From Bdellovibrionales bacterium (GTDB lineage: Bacteria > Bdellovibrionota > Bdellovibrionia > Bdellovibrionales > UBA1609), in contig OZ241329.1 of assembly GCA_965199825.1 (NCBI GenBank), forward strand, positions 832,001 through 896,000: DNA of 64,000 bases, written 5' to 3'. Of the stretch, positions 9,814 to 18,928 are shown one piece after another (positions within the stretch are counted from its first letter, which is position 1; each line of letters starts with the position of its first letter). A model generated the notes under the pieces. That model had not been told where the DNA came from, searched no databases, and worked only from the letters and a program-made list of their open reading frames with translations. Position numbers and translations under genes: made by a program.

Positions 9814-11361
9814 ATGATCAATTGGGATGAGTTTGAACACATACACGTTATTAAAAAACTTCGTCAGATTCTAAACCACTGGTGGAATATTGATATTGTT
9901 TTTACTGATGAGCGTGGTCATCTCAAGGGTTTCGATTTGCGCCAAGGTGCTTTTTGTAATCCTGCCGTCACCGCTTACCTCGGAAACGAAAATGCGCTTA
10001 CAAACTTGCAAGAAAACGTTGCAACCGCCATTGATGATCTCAGAAATTCTGGCAATCGCTATTGCTTTAAAAAATGGGACACCGCCGGCTACGATGTGGC
10101 CATCATCCCGATCATGATCGAAAATGATTTTATGGGCACTGTTGTGGCAATGGGATTTTTAAAAGACAATGATCCCACTCGTCTAAAAGATATTCATGAG
10201 CGTTTGGCAATTTTTGGTGCAAACCAAGATTTGATTCAAACTGCAGTGAGCAAAATAAAATATGTTGAGGATCAAGATCGCGAACATTTTTTAGAGCTCG
10301 TTGAACTTGTGAGCCAAGAGATTGTGACTCTTCATTTAGAGATCACCAGCCGCGAAAATCGTATCAAAGAACTCAATAAAGAATTGGGCTCACGTTACAA
10401 GTACGACAGCATGATTGGTAAATCCAAGCCCATGCAGACCCTTTACTCACTCCTTGATAAAATCAAAACCGCAGACAGCACCGTGCTGATCCAAGGTGAC
10501 AACGGAACGGGTAAAGAACTTATTGCTAAAGCAATTCACTATAATTCTGCTCGTAAAGATAAAGCTTTTGTTATTCAAAACTGCTCGGCATTTAACGACA
10601 ACCTTTTGGAGTCTGAACTTTTTGGCCATGTGAAGGGTTCTTTTACAGGCGCGATTCGAGACAAAAAAGGTTTATTCGAAATGGCCGACAAGGGCACATT
10701 TTTTCTTGATGAGATTGGTGATACTTCACCCACCATGCAAGTGAAACTTCTTCGCGTTATTCAAGAGGGAACATTTATGCCCGTCGGTGCTGTTGACAGT
10801 CGCCGAGTGGACGTAAGAATTCTTGCGGCAACAAATCGTGGATTAAAAGAAATGGTCGAAGCTGGGACCTTTCGTGAAGATTTGTACTACCGTCTAAATG
10901 TGATCAACATTCGTGTTCCGCCATTGAGAGAGCGAAAGGAAGATATTCCATTCTTGTCAGAATTCTTCTTAAACAAAGCTCAAAATGGCGAAGGTAAAAA
11001 AGTTTTAACTAAACGCGCTTTAGAAAAACTTTATGATTATGCTTGGCCAGGAAACGTTCGAGAACTTCAAAACGAGATTGAGCGAACAATCGTTCTTTCT
11101 GGTAGCGAGACTAAAATTACTGCAGACATGTTGAGTCCTAAGATACTTGAAGCCACCGAGCGTGGAAAAGTTCAGGGCGCACGCGTTCACGGTAAACTCA
11201 AAGATGCTCTCGAAGAGCTTGAGCGTGACATGATTAAAGAAGGACTTCGTCGAACAGGTTGGAATAAAAGTAAATTGGCGAAGGAGCTCGGCATCTCTCG
11301 CGCGGGTCTCATCATGAAAGTTGAAAAATACGGTCTCGATAAAAGAAAAATGCTGAAATAA
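9814..11361 (+). CDS. Sigma54-dependent transcriptional activator (N-terminal PocR-like sensor, AAA+, Fis HTH)
   Basis: GDNGTGKELIA, ESELFGHVKGSFTGA, FLDEIG, FREDLYYRLNV, WPGNVRELQN, C-terminal WNKSKLAKELGISR. Confidence 0.92.
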   Translation: MINWDEFEHIHVIKKLRQILNHWWNIDIVFTDERGHLKGFDLRQGAFCNPAVTAYLGNENALTNLQENVATAIDDLRNSGNRYCFKKWDTAGYDVAIIPIMIENDFMGTVVAMGFLKDNDPTRLKDIHERLAIFGANQDLIQTAVSKIKYVEDQDREHFLELVELVSQEIVTLHLEITSRENRIKELNKELGSRYKYDSMIGKSKPMQTLYSLLDKIKTADSTVLIQGDNGTGKELIAKAIHYNSARKDKAFVIQNCSAFNDNLLESELFGHVKGSFTGAIRDKKGLFEMADKGTFFLDEIGDTSPTMQVKLLRVIQEGTFMPVGAVDSRRVDVRILAATNRGLKEMVEAGTFREDLYYRLNVINIRVPPLRERKEDIPFLSEFFLNKAQNGEGKKVLTKRALEKLYDYAWPGNVRELQNEIERTIVLSGSETKITADMLSPKILEATERGKVQGARVHGKLKDALEELERDMIKEGLRRTGWNKSKLAKELGISRAGLIMKVEKYGLDKRKMLK

Positions 11362-11369
11362 TCTAATTT

Positions 11370-11384
11370 CGGCACAGACTTTGA
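11370..11384 (+). promoter_or_regulatory. Possible sigma54 -24/-12 element
   Basis: CGGCACAGACTTTGA = GG-N10-GA (canonical is GG-N10-GC), upstream of ORF 11412. Confidence 0.3.
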
Positions 11385-11411
11385 AGAAGAGTTGCTCATG
11401 GGTAGAGTTTC

Positions 11412-12224
11412 ATGAGCAACAGATCCGACGAACTTTCATTTTTAGAGTCTCGTCTTGAACATCTTATTAATAAAAGCAAATCGGTATTGGAGCGTCGCTT
11501 TCATTGTGACGTGTCCATTTCTGAAGACAATCATTTAAAAACTGAGAATGTAAAACCTGCTGATCAAAAGCTATGCAGCGAGATCTCGGATGCCCTCTCA
11601 AAAGAGATCCTCGCACTGTATGAGCGCTACTCGGAACTTCTTGCACTAGAAAAAAACTTTGCCCATTTGATCGACGATCTCTATGGGGCAGAACCCAATG
11701 TTTTTTCGCTCACCCGATTTCGAAAACTTCGCGAAGCTGCTAAAAAGATCGACACCGAGCCAGAGAGTAAAATTTATTTTGCCGTCAGCTGTTTTATCGA
11801 TGGTAAAGATGCCGAAGAGTGCCGCAAGCTCGCCTTCGAAATGCACGTCGTCAGCCACCGTATGGCTTTTTTACCTTTTACCGACCTCCACGAAGAGGTC
11901 CGCTCAAAGCCCGAAAATTTGGTCGATATGGGTGCAATCACAATATTTATCCCAGACGTCACCGAGCTCACTGTGAGTGAGCAAAAAGGCCTGCTCGAAT
12001 ACTTTAAGGGAGCTCGCTCCAACGAGACTCCACACATCATGTCGGCGTCCTCAATTTCTTACGCTGAGTTGTTAAAAAGTCGAGTGGTCAGCACCGAACT
12101 TTTGGAGTGGTTGGGCTTAAGTGTGATTCAAATGAACAAACCTTTTAGAACTTATATGAACGATGGTTTGATTCCATTTTTGTATCACTCTCTTCTGGAC
12201 CGTAAGCTCGAAAATAAACCTTGA
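11412..12224 (+). CDS. Hypothetical protein with degenerate sigma54-activator-like AAA+ region
   Basis: C-terminal half aligns by eye with the upstream activator but lacks Walker A, Walker B and GAFTGA residues. Confidence 0.6.
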   Translation: MSNRSDELSFLESRLEHLINKSKSVLERRFHCDVSISEDNHLKTENVKPADQKLCSEISDALSKEILALYERYSELLALEKNFAHLIDDLYGAEPNVFSLTRFRKLREAAKKIDTEPESKIYFAVSCFIDGKDAEECRKLAFEMHVVSHRMAFLPFTDLHEEVRSKPENLVDMGAITIFIPDVTELTVSEQKGLLEYFKGARSNETPHIMSASSISYAELLKSRVVSTELLEWLGLSVIQMNKPFRTYMNDGLIPFLYHSLLDRKLENKP

Positions 12225-12255
12225 ACTTTAAACTTGAGGTTTGCGACTCTTAATT

Positions 12256-13257
12256 ATGAGCCCGCAACATCTCGCGTTTTTAAAAAGTCATTTTTCCTCT
12301 GACAATTTTCAAATTGTTCCTCTCGCCGGTGATGCAAGCTCAAGGCGGTACTACCGCATTGTGCAGGAACCAAAAACTTATGTGTTAATGAGTTGGGATC
12401 CCTTTCCCGATACTCAGAGCTATCCTTTTTTAAATGTTCGAAATCATTTTGCCCAATTTGATATTCATGTGCCCGAAGTGATTGATGTGGCCCCAGAACT
12501 TGGATTGATCTTGCTTGAGGATTTAGGTGATCTTACCCTGGAGAGAAAATTTTGGGAAAATCAGGATCAAACCGAGTCTTGGCCTTTTTATGAGCAAGCC
12601 ATCGATGAGCTTGTCAAAATCCATGGCCCCGCATCCAAAGACCGCACAAAAACCTGCGCCGCATTTCAAATCGCTTTTGATACCCAAAAATTTATGTGGG
12701 AAATGAATTACGGCAAAGAACATCTGTTCGAAAAACTCGCCCACATCAGCCTTGAGCCGTCACAAGAAAAAGATCTGCAAAAAATATTTTTAAATATTTG
12801 TGAAATTTTGGATCGCGAGCCCAAGTTTATTTCCCACCGCGACTATCACTCGCGAAATTTGATGATCAAATACGGAAAAGTTCGGGTGATTGATTTTCAA
12901 GATGCGCGTATGGGGCCTGTTCAATATGATCTGGTGAGTCTCTTTGAAGACAGTTATGTGCAATTGTCGCGCGAAAGTCGAAAGCATCTGATCAATAATT
13001 ATCTCGATCAAAATCCGGTCGATCAAACACGTGATCATTTTGATCACATCTATAAACTTCAAACCATTCAAAGATGTTTTAAAGCCTGCGGCAGTTTTGC
13101 GAGCTTTTATAATATGCGCGGCGATAAGCGCTATCTCAAATATTTAACCAACACACTCAAGACGGTGGCGCGCCAACTCAAAGAATTTAAAGAGTATCGG
13201 TTTTTTGCCCAATTGATCGAAGACAATGGACTGCTCGAAAGGTCCTACGATTTATGA
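12256..13257 (+). CDS. amgK: Anomeric MurNAc/GlcNAc kinase (APH family)
   Basis: GDASSRRYYR, LLEDLGD, HRDYHSRNLM, IDFQDA; coupled to a nucleotidyltransferase gene. Confidence 0.85.
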   Translation: MSPQHLAFLKSHFSSDNFQIVPLAGDASSRRYYRIVQEPKTYVLMSWDPFPDTQSYPFLNVRNHFAQFDIHVPEVIDVAPELGLILLEDLGDLTLERKFWENQDQTESWPFYEQAIDELVKIHGPASKDRTKTCAAFQIAFDTQKFMWEMNYGKEHLFEKLAHISLEPSQEKDLQKIFLNICEILDREPKFISHRDYHSRNLMIKYGKVRVIDFQDARMGPVQYDLVSLFEDSYVQLSRESRKHLINNYLDQNPVDQTRDHFDHIYKLQTIQRCFKACGSFASFYNMRGDKRYLKYLTNTLKTVARQLKEFKEYRFFAQLIEDNGLLERSYDL

Positions 13258-14285
13258 CCGCATTTTTATTATGCGCAGGGCTTGGAACCCGCTTTCGTCC
13301 TCACACCGAATTTATCGCAAAGCCCGCACTCCCCGTTTTAAATATTCCAACTCTTTGTTATTCGCTTTTTTTTCTCGAGCATGCAGGGCTTAACAACTTG
13401 ATCGTGAACACCCATCATTTGCCGCGGACAATTGAACATGCCATCAACACTCTTGAGCTCAACTATCCTTGCACCTTTTCCTCAGAGCAGCCAAAAATCT
13501 TGGGCAGTGGTGGCGCTCTTAAAAATGCCAAACATTTATTGCCCGATCATTTTTTATTGGGCAATGGCGATGCGGTGGTTTTGTTTGAAGATCCAAAGAT
13601 TTTTGATCAAACCGCTGAGCTCAATCAGCGCACCAAAGCGATTGCCACCCTCGTGGTTATCCCTCACCCTCAAGCGGGCAAAGAACTCTCTGCGGTTTGG
13701 GTTGAGAATGACCGGGTTGTGGGATTTGGAAGGTCAGCGCCCACTGTGAACGCCAAGCCATTTCATTTTATTGGATTTACTGTTTTTTCTAAAGATATCT
13801 TAAAATATCTTCCCGAGGGCGAATCCAATATTTTTTATGACGGAATTTTAGGCGCTATTGCACAAGGCCATCTGGCCAATGTTCATATCGTAGAATCGGC
13901 AAAGTGGTACGAGGCCGGCAACGAACATGACTACCTTCGTGCACACCAGGAGTTATTAAGTCTAATCGAAACCCATAAAGTCTTGCGCCAAATTTTGGAC
14001 CGCTTTTCTCATGGCTGGAGTAAATCAAGTCCCTACGCCGGTTTGTATTTTAATGGCGATTACACGCTAAAAGAATCCCCAAAATATGGATTGATTGGAA
14101 AAAATTGTTTGATCCATCCTGATGCTCAATTTTCGAAAACAGGATTCGTGGTTCTTGGTGATGAATGCGAAATAAAAAAACCGGTGTTACTCGATAATGT
14201 GGTGATGGGTATGGGTGCAACCACCGAACAAAAAGGTCATTTGGCCCAGACCTTTATTTCTCGCAGTGACATCAAAGGTCACTGA
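13254..14285 (+). CDS. murU: MurNAc-alpha-1-phosphate uridylyltransferase-like nucleotidyltransferase
   Basis: LLCAGLGTRFRP..KP, LGSGGAL, NGD; ATGA overlap with amgK. Confidence 0.75.
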   Translation: MTAFLLCAGLGTRFRPHTEFIAKPALPVLNIPTLCYSLFFLEHAGLNNLIVNTHHLPRTIEHAINTLELNYPCTFSSEQPKILGSGGALKNAKHLLPDHFLLGNGDAVVLFEDPKIFDQTAELNQRTKAIATLVVIPHPQAGKELSAVWVENDRVVGFGRSAPTVNAKPFHFIGFTVFSKDILKYLPEGESNIFYDGILGAIAQGHLANVHIVESAKWYEAGNEHDYLRAHQELLSLIETHKVLRQILDRFSHGWSKSSPYAGLYFNGDYTLKESPKYGLIGKNCLIHPDAQFSKTGFVVLGDECEIKKPVLLDNVVMGMGATTEQKGHLAQTFISRSDIKGH

Positions 14286-15314
14286 CTATCTCTTTCTTGG
14301 CGTAAATCCGACGGGCTGTTTTTTGAGCGAGGTCATTGCGCGTTGGGGTTGAGCTTCGACCACTTCGATAAATTCGCCAGCCGCTCGCTTACGTTGATAC
14401 GCCCGGTGAATCATCTCAAAAATATTGTCGCCTTTGACACCAATCGGTTCACCATCAAGCAAAATACTTTTGCCCGCAATAAAGTCGGCTTTTTGTTGGG
14501 CGGTGAGCGGTTTATTAAGGCGTCTTAAATAATCGTTGAGAGCATCGTCAGAGCCCGCCGCAGATCCACCGCCGCCGCCTCCACCTTCGCCCGAATCAAT
14601 CGCAACCGGAACCACATTAGGCCCGCTATTTCCGATACGTGCCAGTGCATCCTTGGTGAGCTTATCCAATGTTGCGCCCGAGGCAGAAATCGCACCCGAT
14701 GAAAACCCTGCCGCAGCCATTGCCGCGGGGCTCGCAAGCGCACTCGCGGGCACAACCGTGCCATCGGGTGTGGTCACAGATTTTGTGACGGGATCAAATT
14801 TATAACCTTTTGAAGTTAAAAACGCGATACCATCGTTCGCCTTTTTTATTCCATCGACCGCCGCAGGAGTTAATCCGGTGTTAGGATCGACCACATTTTG
14901 CAAATCACTCGAACCCGGAGGCAGTGTATTGTCATTCCAACCCGAGGACGCATCGCCCGTTTTTCCTGAGGAGCCCGAAGCCATCAATGAAGTGAGGGCT
15001 TGCATCAACGCCATCGCCGCCATCGGATAGGCCCATGACTTCGCTGATTGATCTGTCTGAGCATAAATAATCAATCCCGCACCGACAGCTCCACTGATTA
15101 AGCCGCCCATCATTTGAGAACTGCCGCCTTGTTTTGCGCTCGAGTTAATGGCGGGTGCAGCCGTATTCGAAGCGGTGGATGCCGCCGTAGGTATTGTGGA
15201 GGTCGCAGGTGCAGCAACCGGCACAGGTGCGGTACTGACCGCACCACTATCGGTGGTCGACAGAGTGGCAAGAGCATTTTGGGATAGAAAAGCCAGTAAG
15301 ATCAAATATCTCAT
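14286..15314 (-). CDS. Secreted Ala/Ser/Gly-rich hypothetical protein
   Basis: Signal peptide, two hydrophobic Gly/Ala segments, poly-Gly tract, C-terminal IGVKGDNIFEMIHRAYQRK. Confidence 0.75.
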   Translation of the reverse strand: MRYLILLAFLSQNALATLSTTDSGAVSTAPVPVAAPATSTIPTAASTASNTAAPAINSSAKQGGSSQMMGGLISGAVGAGLIIYAQTDQSAKSWAYPMAAMALMQALTSLMASGSSGKTGDASSGWNDNTLPPGSSDLQNVVDPNTGLTPAAVDGIKKANDGIAFLTSKGYKFDPVTKSVTTPDGTVVPASALASPAAMAAAGFSSGAISASGATLDKLTKDALARIGNSGPNVVPVAIDSGEGGGGGGGSAAGSDDALNDYLRRLNKPLTAQQKADFIAGKSILLDGEPIGVKGDNIFEMIHRAYQRKRAAGEFIEVVEAQPQRAMTSLKKQPVGFTPRKR

Positions 15315-15320
15315 CTGACT

Positions 15321-15348
15321 TTATCGGCAGATTGAGACATGTATTAAA
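15321..15348 (-). promoter_or_regulatory. Putative sigma28 (FliA) promoter, probably leaderless transcript
   Basis: Minus strand TTTAATAC-N12-GCCGATAA (perfect -10), 6 nt before ATG 15314. Confidence 0.6.
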
Positions 15349-15409
15349 GCGTCTCATCTTAAGACAAAATCCTATCAATATTACTATTATTTAGTAAACC
15401 GTTGTTGTT

Positions 15410-16114
15410 TTGGCACCACTCGAATACACGCAGTTTGTGACCTTATTTATGTTAACCGTTGCGGTATTTTTATTGAGTGTGGCTTATCTGCGTGAGCGCA
15501 GTCGTCATCGTCGGCTTTATTGGCTCACCCGCCAGGCAGTGCATGACCTTCGTTCACCCCTTCATGTGCTGGATGCGGTTAGCAAATTTTTGCCCGACGA
15601 CTATAAGCTGCTTTTGAAATCATCGAAATGTCGCACCCAGGATATCTTAGAGGAACTGCATCACGATTTAGTCCCTTTGGAAATGAGCTCCAATCAACTT
15701 TTGAATTTGATCAACGAACTCATTACTGAAAAAGCGGCAGCCTTTCAAAATATTCAATTCACCAAAACTTTAAATGCACATCAAAACAAAAAATATTTGA
15801 TTCCGATTTCGCAATTGAAGCGCGCGCTCGAAAATGTTTTGCAAAATGCGGTGGATTCAAAAACCAAATCAATTCATTTGTCTTGCGAAGGGAATGATCA
15901 GTCCTTGAAACTCAAAGTGGCAGACCAAGGTTGCGGCATTGGATCTCAAGATTTAATTGCGATTCTCAAAGGCCAAAAAACAAAATTAAATGGTGAAGGT
16001 TTGGGCTTAAAGCAGGTTCGCTCGGCAATAAAGCAAATGGGTGGTCAATTTAAGATTGAATCCGGTAGAGGCACCCAAGTGACTCTCGAAATTCCAACCC
16101 TTACCACCCTTTAG
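15410..16114 (+). CDS. Small membrane-anchored sensor histidine kinase (orphan)
   Basis: One TM helix, H-box HDLRSPL, N-box NVLQNAVD, G1 DQGCGI, G2 GEGLGL. Confidence 0.85.
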   Translation: MAPLEYTQFVTLFMLTVAVFLLSVAYLRERSRHRRLYWLTRQAVHDLRSPLHVLDAVSKFLPDDYKLLLKSSKCRTQDILEELHHDLVPLEMSSNQLLNLINELITEKAAAFQNIQFTKTLNAHQNKKYLIPISQLKRALENVLQNAVDSKTKSIHLSCEGNDQSLKLKVADQGCGIGSQDLIAILKGQKTKLNGEGLGLKQVRSAIKQMGGQFKIESGRGTQVTLEIPTLTTL

Positions 16115-18074
16115 GTGGATTCATAATCGCACCCGGCGCTGCACTGGGCCCACCGAGCCGATTCATCTGCGAATTTAATAAATTTGGGCTCACAATTTTT
16201 ACCGAATATCCCACACGGCCACCATGGGCCACGCAAGATCCTGGAACTTTATCTTTAAACGCATCATCGGTCACTCCGCACTTTCCAAAATTGGCGATTT
16301 GGGCTGGATAATCAACCGCTCCATCTCCCGGTGCCCACGCGGTTAAAAGATGCTCGCGCTTTCGTGCAAAATAAAACGCTTGGGGGATTTGTATTTCTGA
16401 TCCCTGATTCTCGAGCATCTGGGTTTGGATATTGAACACCGGAATTTTTGGTTCGTGAGTTCCAAGATCTCCTCGAATCACTTGCGAAGATGGTATTTTA
16501 AATTTAGCGCGGTTAGCTTTGATGTACGGCAAATAATTAGACGAAAAATTGGGTTCAATCGAATAGTAGGTCATATCAAAAAGATCTGGCGCAATCGCGG
16601 CAAGCTCATAGCGGCGATAGTCCGGCATTTCATCGGTTTGATAATTCCAAGCCAGAGAATCGTTGGGGGATTGCGCACTAAATTGGGTAAAGATCTTCAT
16701 AAACCAAGCATATTTAATTCGAACCTTGGCCAAATCCTTAAATGCACCTTGTGAAAGATATGTGGTGAGCCCGTTTGTATCTCCCGGAAAGCGAGCATAG
16801 TTTGGCAATCGCCGGGTGTTTTTTGGATCATCCAATGTGCCATCCGATTTTGTGCGATCAGGAAGATTGTTGTCGGTAGGATTGCCCACCGAAAAAGTCG
16901 ATTGGCGCGGCCACTGCGATCCAAACCAAGGGCCGATGCGTCCGCCGAAGGGTTGAGCATAAGCTTTTGCTTTTAAGGTCACATAAGGCCCGATCGGAAA
17001 AAAGATTTGTCGTGGTGTGGTGGTGGCTTTAACTCCGACGTAGGCCATAAACCACGGGTTTTTTTCGACACCAATGCTGTTCGAAAAGGAATCTGTGGCG
17101 GGCGGCTCCCCTTTCATCCATGGAATTAATGGAGCTCCATTCAAAGTTCGAGGATCCATCAATTTGGATTGAGCCTCTGGTCGACTGGGAAGATCACTAA
17201 TCAGGCGCGGTAAAGCGGTACACCCTGCGCCGGCCTTAACATCGGTATAAACAATTGTTGGTGTGATTTTAATTTCGGGAAGCCACGTCGTTTTGGGATC
17301 AACACCTCCTAAGGAATTGAGCATTTCGAAACTTTGAATCGCATTGCTATTGGCAAAGGTCAGATTTTTTTTAAAGGTGTGTTGGGCCCCTTGCATTGCC
17401 GAGTCGCCATTGAGATCGATAAAATCATCGGGCGATGCCGAAAGATTTTGGGCCAAAGCATAGATTAAAGATTTTCTGTTTTCTTGTTCGAGGCGATAAT
17501 TTTGCAAGATGATCGCACCGAACCACCAATTGTAAGCCCCGAACACATCGCAAGCCGCATTAAAGGCGTTGATCAGTTGATTCGACAATGCCGAAACGGT
17601 CGCATTGATTCCGATAAATCCCGCAATGACGGGCACCGCCGGAAGTGGCGGAATACTTAAGCCCGGTTGATTGCACAAATTTTGATCCTTGGCGACTTCA
17701 TCCCAAGTGGGTTTATAATTCACACATAGCGCAGGCCTTGATGCAGCAAGATAGGGGGCCTCATCAATTTTTCCGGTCCAAGCGGGATGGACTGAAGACG
17801 AACTTTGCCGATCAAACCCAAGTGTTCCAAGCACTCGGTAACGAAAAGACAAAAGCTTCCAAGCTTGGCGAATTTGATAATTCACATGGGCAATGGCATT
17901 GAGATGTTCGGCTTGGCGTTCGGCCGCATAGTAGGCCGCAAGATCAACCGAATTTTGTAGATTGATTTTGTCGTGCACCACAAGCGCCACATTGAGAGTC
18001 ATCGCAAAAAGCACAAAAAGAACTTGAAAGATCAGGGCGATAAAGATTGCGGTTTGCCCGCGTTGATTATTCAT
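16101..18074 (-). CDS. TadG-like (Tad/Flp pseudopilin-domain) pilus-associated protein
   Basis: MNNQRGQTAIFIAL prepilin-like start and KINLQNSVDLAAYYAA Tad motif; start moved to ATG 18074. Confidence 0.8.
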   Translation of the reverse strand: MNNQRGQTAIFIALIFQVLFVLFAMTLNVALVVHDKINLQNSVDLAAYYAAERQAEHLNAIAHVNYQIRQAWKLLSFRYRVLGTLGFDRQSSSSVHPAWTGKIDEAPYLAASRPALCVNYKPTWDEVAKDQNLCNQPGLSIPPLPAVPVIAGFIGINATVSALSNQLINAFNAACDVFGAYNWWFGAIILQNYRLEQENRKSLIYALAQNLSASPDDFIDLNGDSAMQGAQHTFKKNLTFANSNAIQSFEMLNSLGGVDPKTTWLPEIKITPTIVYTDVKAGAGCTALPRLISDLPSRPEAQSKLMDPRTLNGAPLIPWMKGEPPATDSFSNSIGVEKNPWFMAYVGVKATTTPRQIFFPIGPYVTLKAKAYAQPFGGRIGPWFGSQWPRQSTFSVGNPTDNNLPDRTKSDGTLDDPKNTRRLPNYARFPGDTNGLTTYLSQGAFKDLAKVRIKYAWFMKIFTQFSAQSPNDSLAWNYQTDEMPDYRRYELAAIAPDLFDMTYYSIEPNFSSNYLPYIKANRAKFKIPSSQVIRGDLGTHEPKIPVFNIQTQMLENQGSEIQIPQAFYFARKREHLLTAWAPGDGAVDYPAQIANFGKCGVTDDAFKDKVPGSCVAHGGRVGYSVKIVSPNLLNSQMNRLGGPSAAPGAIMNPPKGW

Positions 18075-18149
18075 TGATTCTATTTTGACCGAGCTCGGTG
18101 GCAGGGAGAAACTGAATCTTTGATTGCACCTCGACGAAAGTAGGTACGA

Positions 18150-18896
18150 ATGCACATCCTTTTGATATTTTTGAATCTTTCAACCGCCCAGGTTTTGTTC
18201 GAGGGGTATTCAAAAATTTTGGTGGATAAAAAACATTCCGGCTTTAGCGTTCAACGTTATGAGTTTGATAAAAATAAAAAACAAATGAACGCATTTGTGT
18301 TTACCCGTTTGAATCCGCAAGGTGGCAACACCACCGAAACCTTGCATGCCACCGTAAAGGAAAATTTTTTTCCTGTTTCGTTTTTTTATTCTTTCAAAAA
18401 TGACAGCGGCTCAAAGACCATCGACGGCAAAATTAAAGATAAAAAAATGCAGATCAAAATATTTGAAAAGCAAAAGACCAAAACACTGATGCTTCCTCTC
18501 GAAAAAGGCATTTTCTTATCTAGTTTTTTAAATTACTTGATGCTGCAAGAGGGCTATTCGGTGGGAAAAAAACTGAGCTACAAAACTCTAGCCGAAGAAG
18601 AGGGTCAAATTGTTGAGGGCAAGACCCTGATCGAAAAAGAAGAGAATTTTGAAGGAATTTCGGTTTTTCGGGTTCAAAACAATTATAAGCATCTCGAATA
18701 TTCAACCTTGGTGAGTCTTCGAGGCGAGATTTTAAAAAGTTATTTTTCGGATTCAAAAATCGAAACCCAGCTGGTGAAGACCGCATCTGAGGCGACCAAG
18801 GGCATCCCCTATTCAAAGGCTGAATTGGTCTTACTGTTCGGGAGAGAACCTCTCGGAGACAAAAATATCCTTTTTAACCCCAACGAAAGCCCTTAA
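18150..18896 (+). CDS. Exported hypothetical protein (beta-rich)
   Basis: 248 aa ORF with signal-like N-terminus. Confidence 0.65.
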   Translation: MHILLIFLNLSTAQVLFEGYSKILVDKKHSGFSVQRYEFDKNKKQMNAFVFTRLNPQGGNTTETLHATVKENFFPVSFFYSFKNDSGSKTIDGKIKDKKMQIKIFEKQKTKTLMLPLEKGIFLSSFLNYLMLQEGYSVGKKLSYKTLAEEEGQIVEGKTLIEKEENFEGISVFRVQNNYKHLEYSTLVSLRGEILKSYFSDSKIETQLVKTASEATKGIPYSKAELVLLFGREPLGDKNILFNPNESP

Positions 18897-18928
18897 CTTT
18901 ATTTTTTAGCCATGCTCCAATTGTGATT

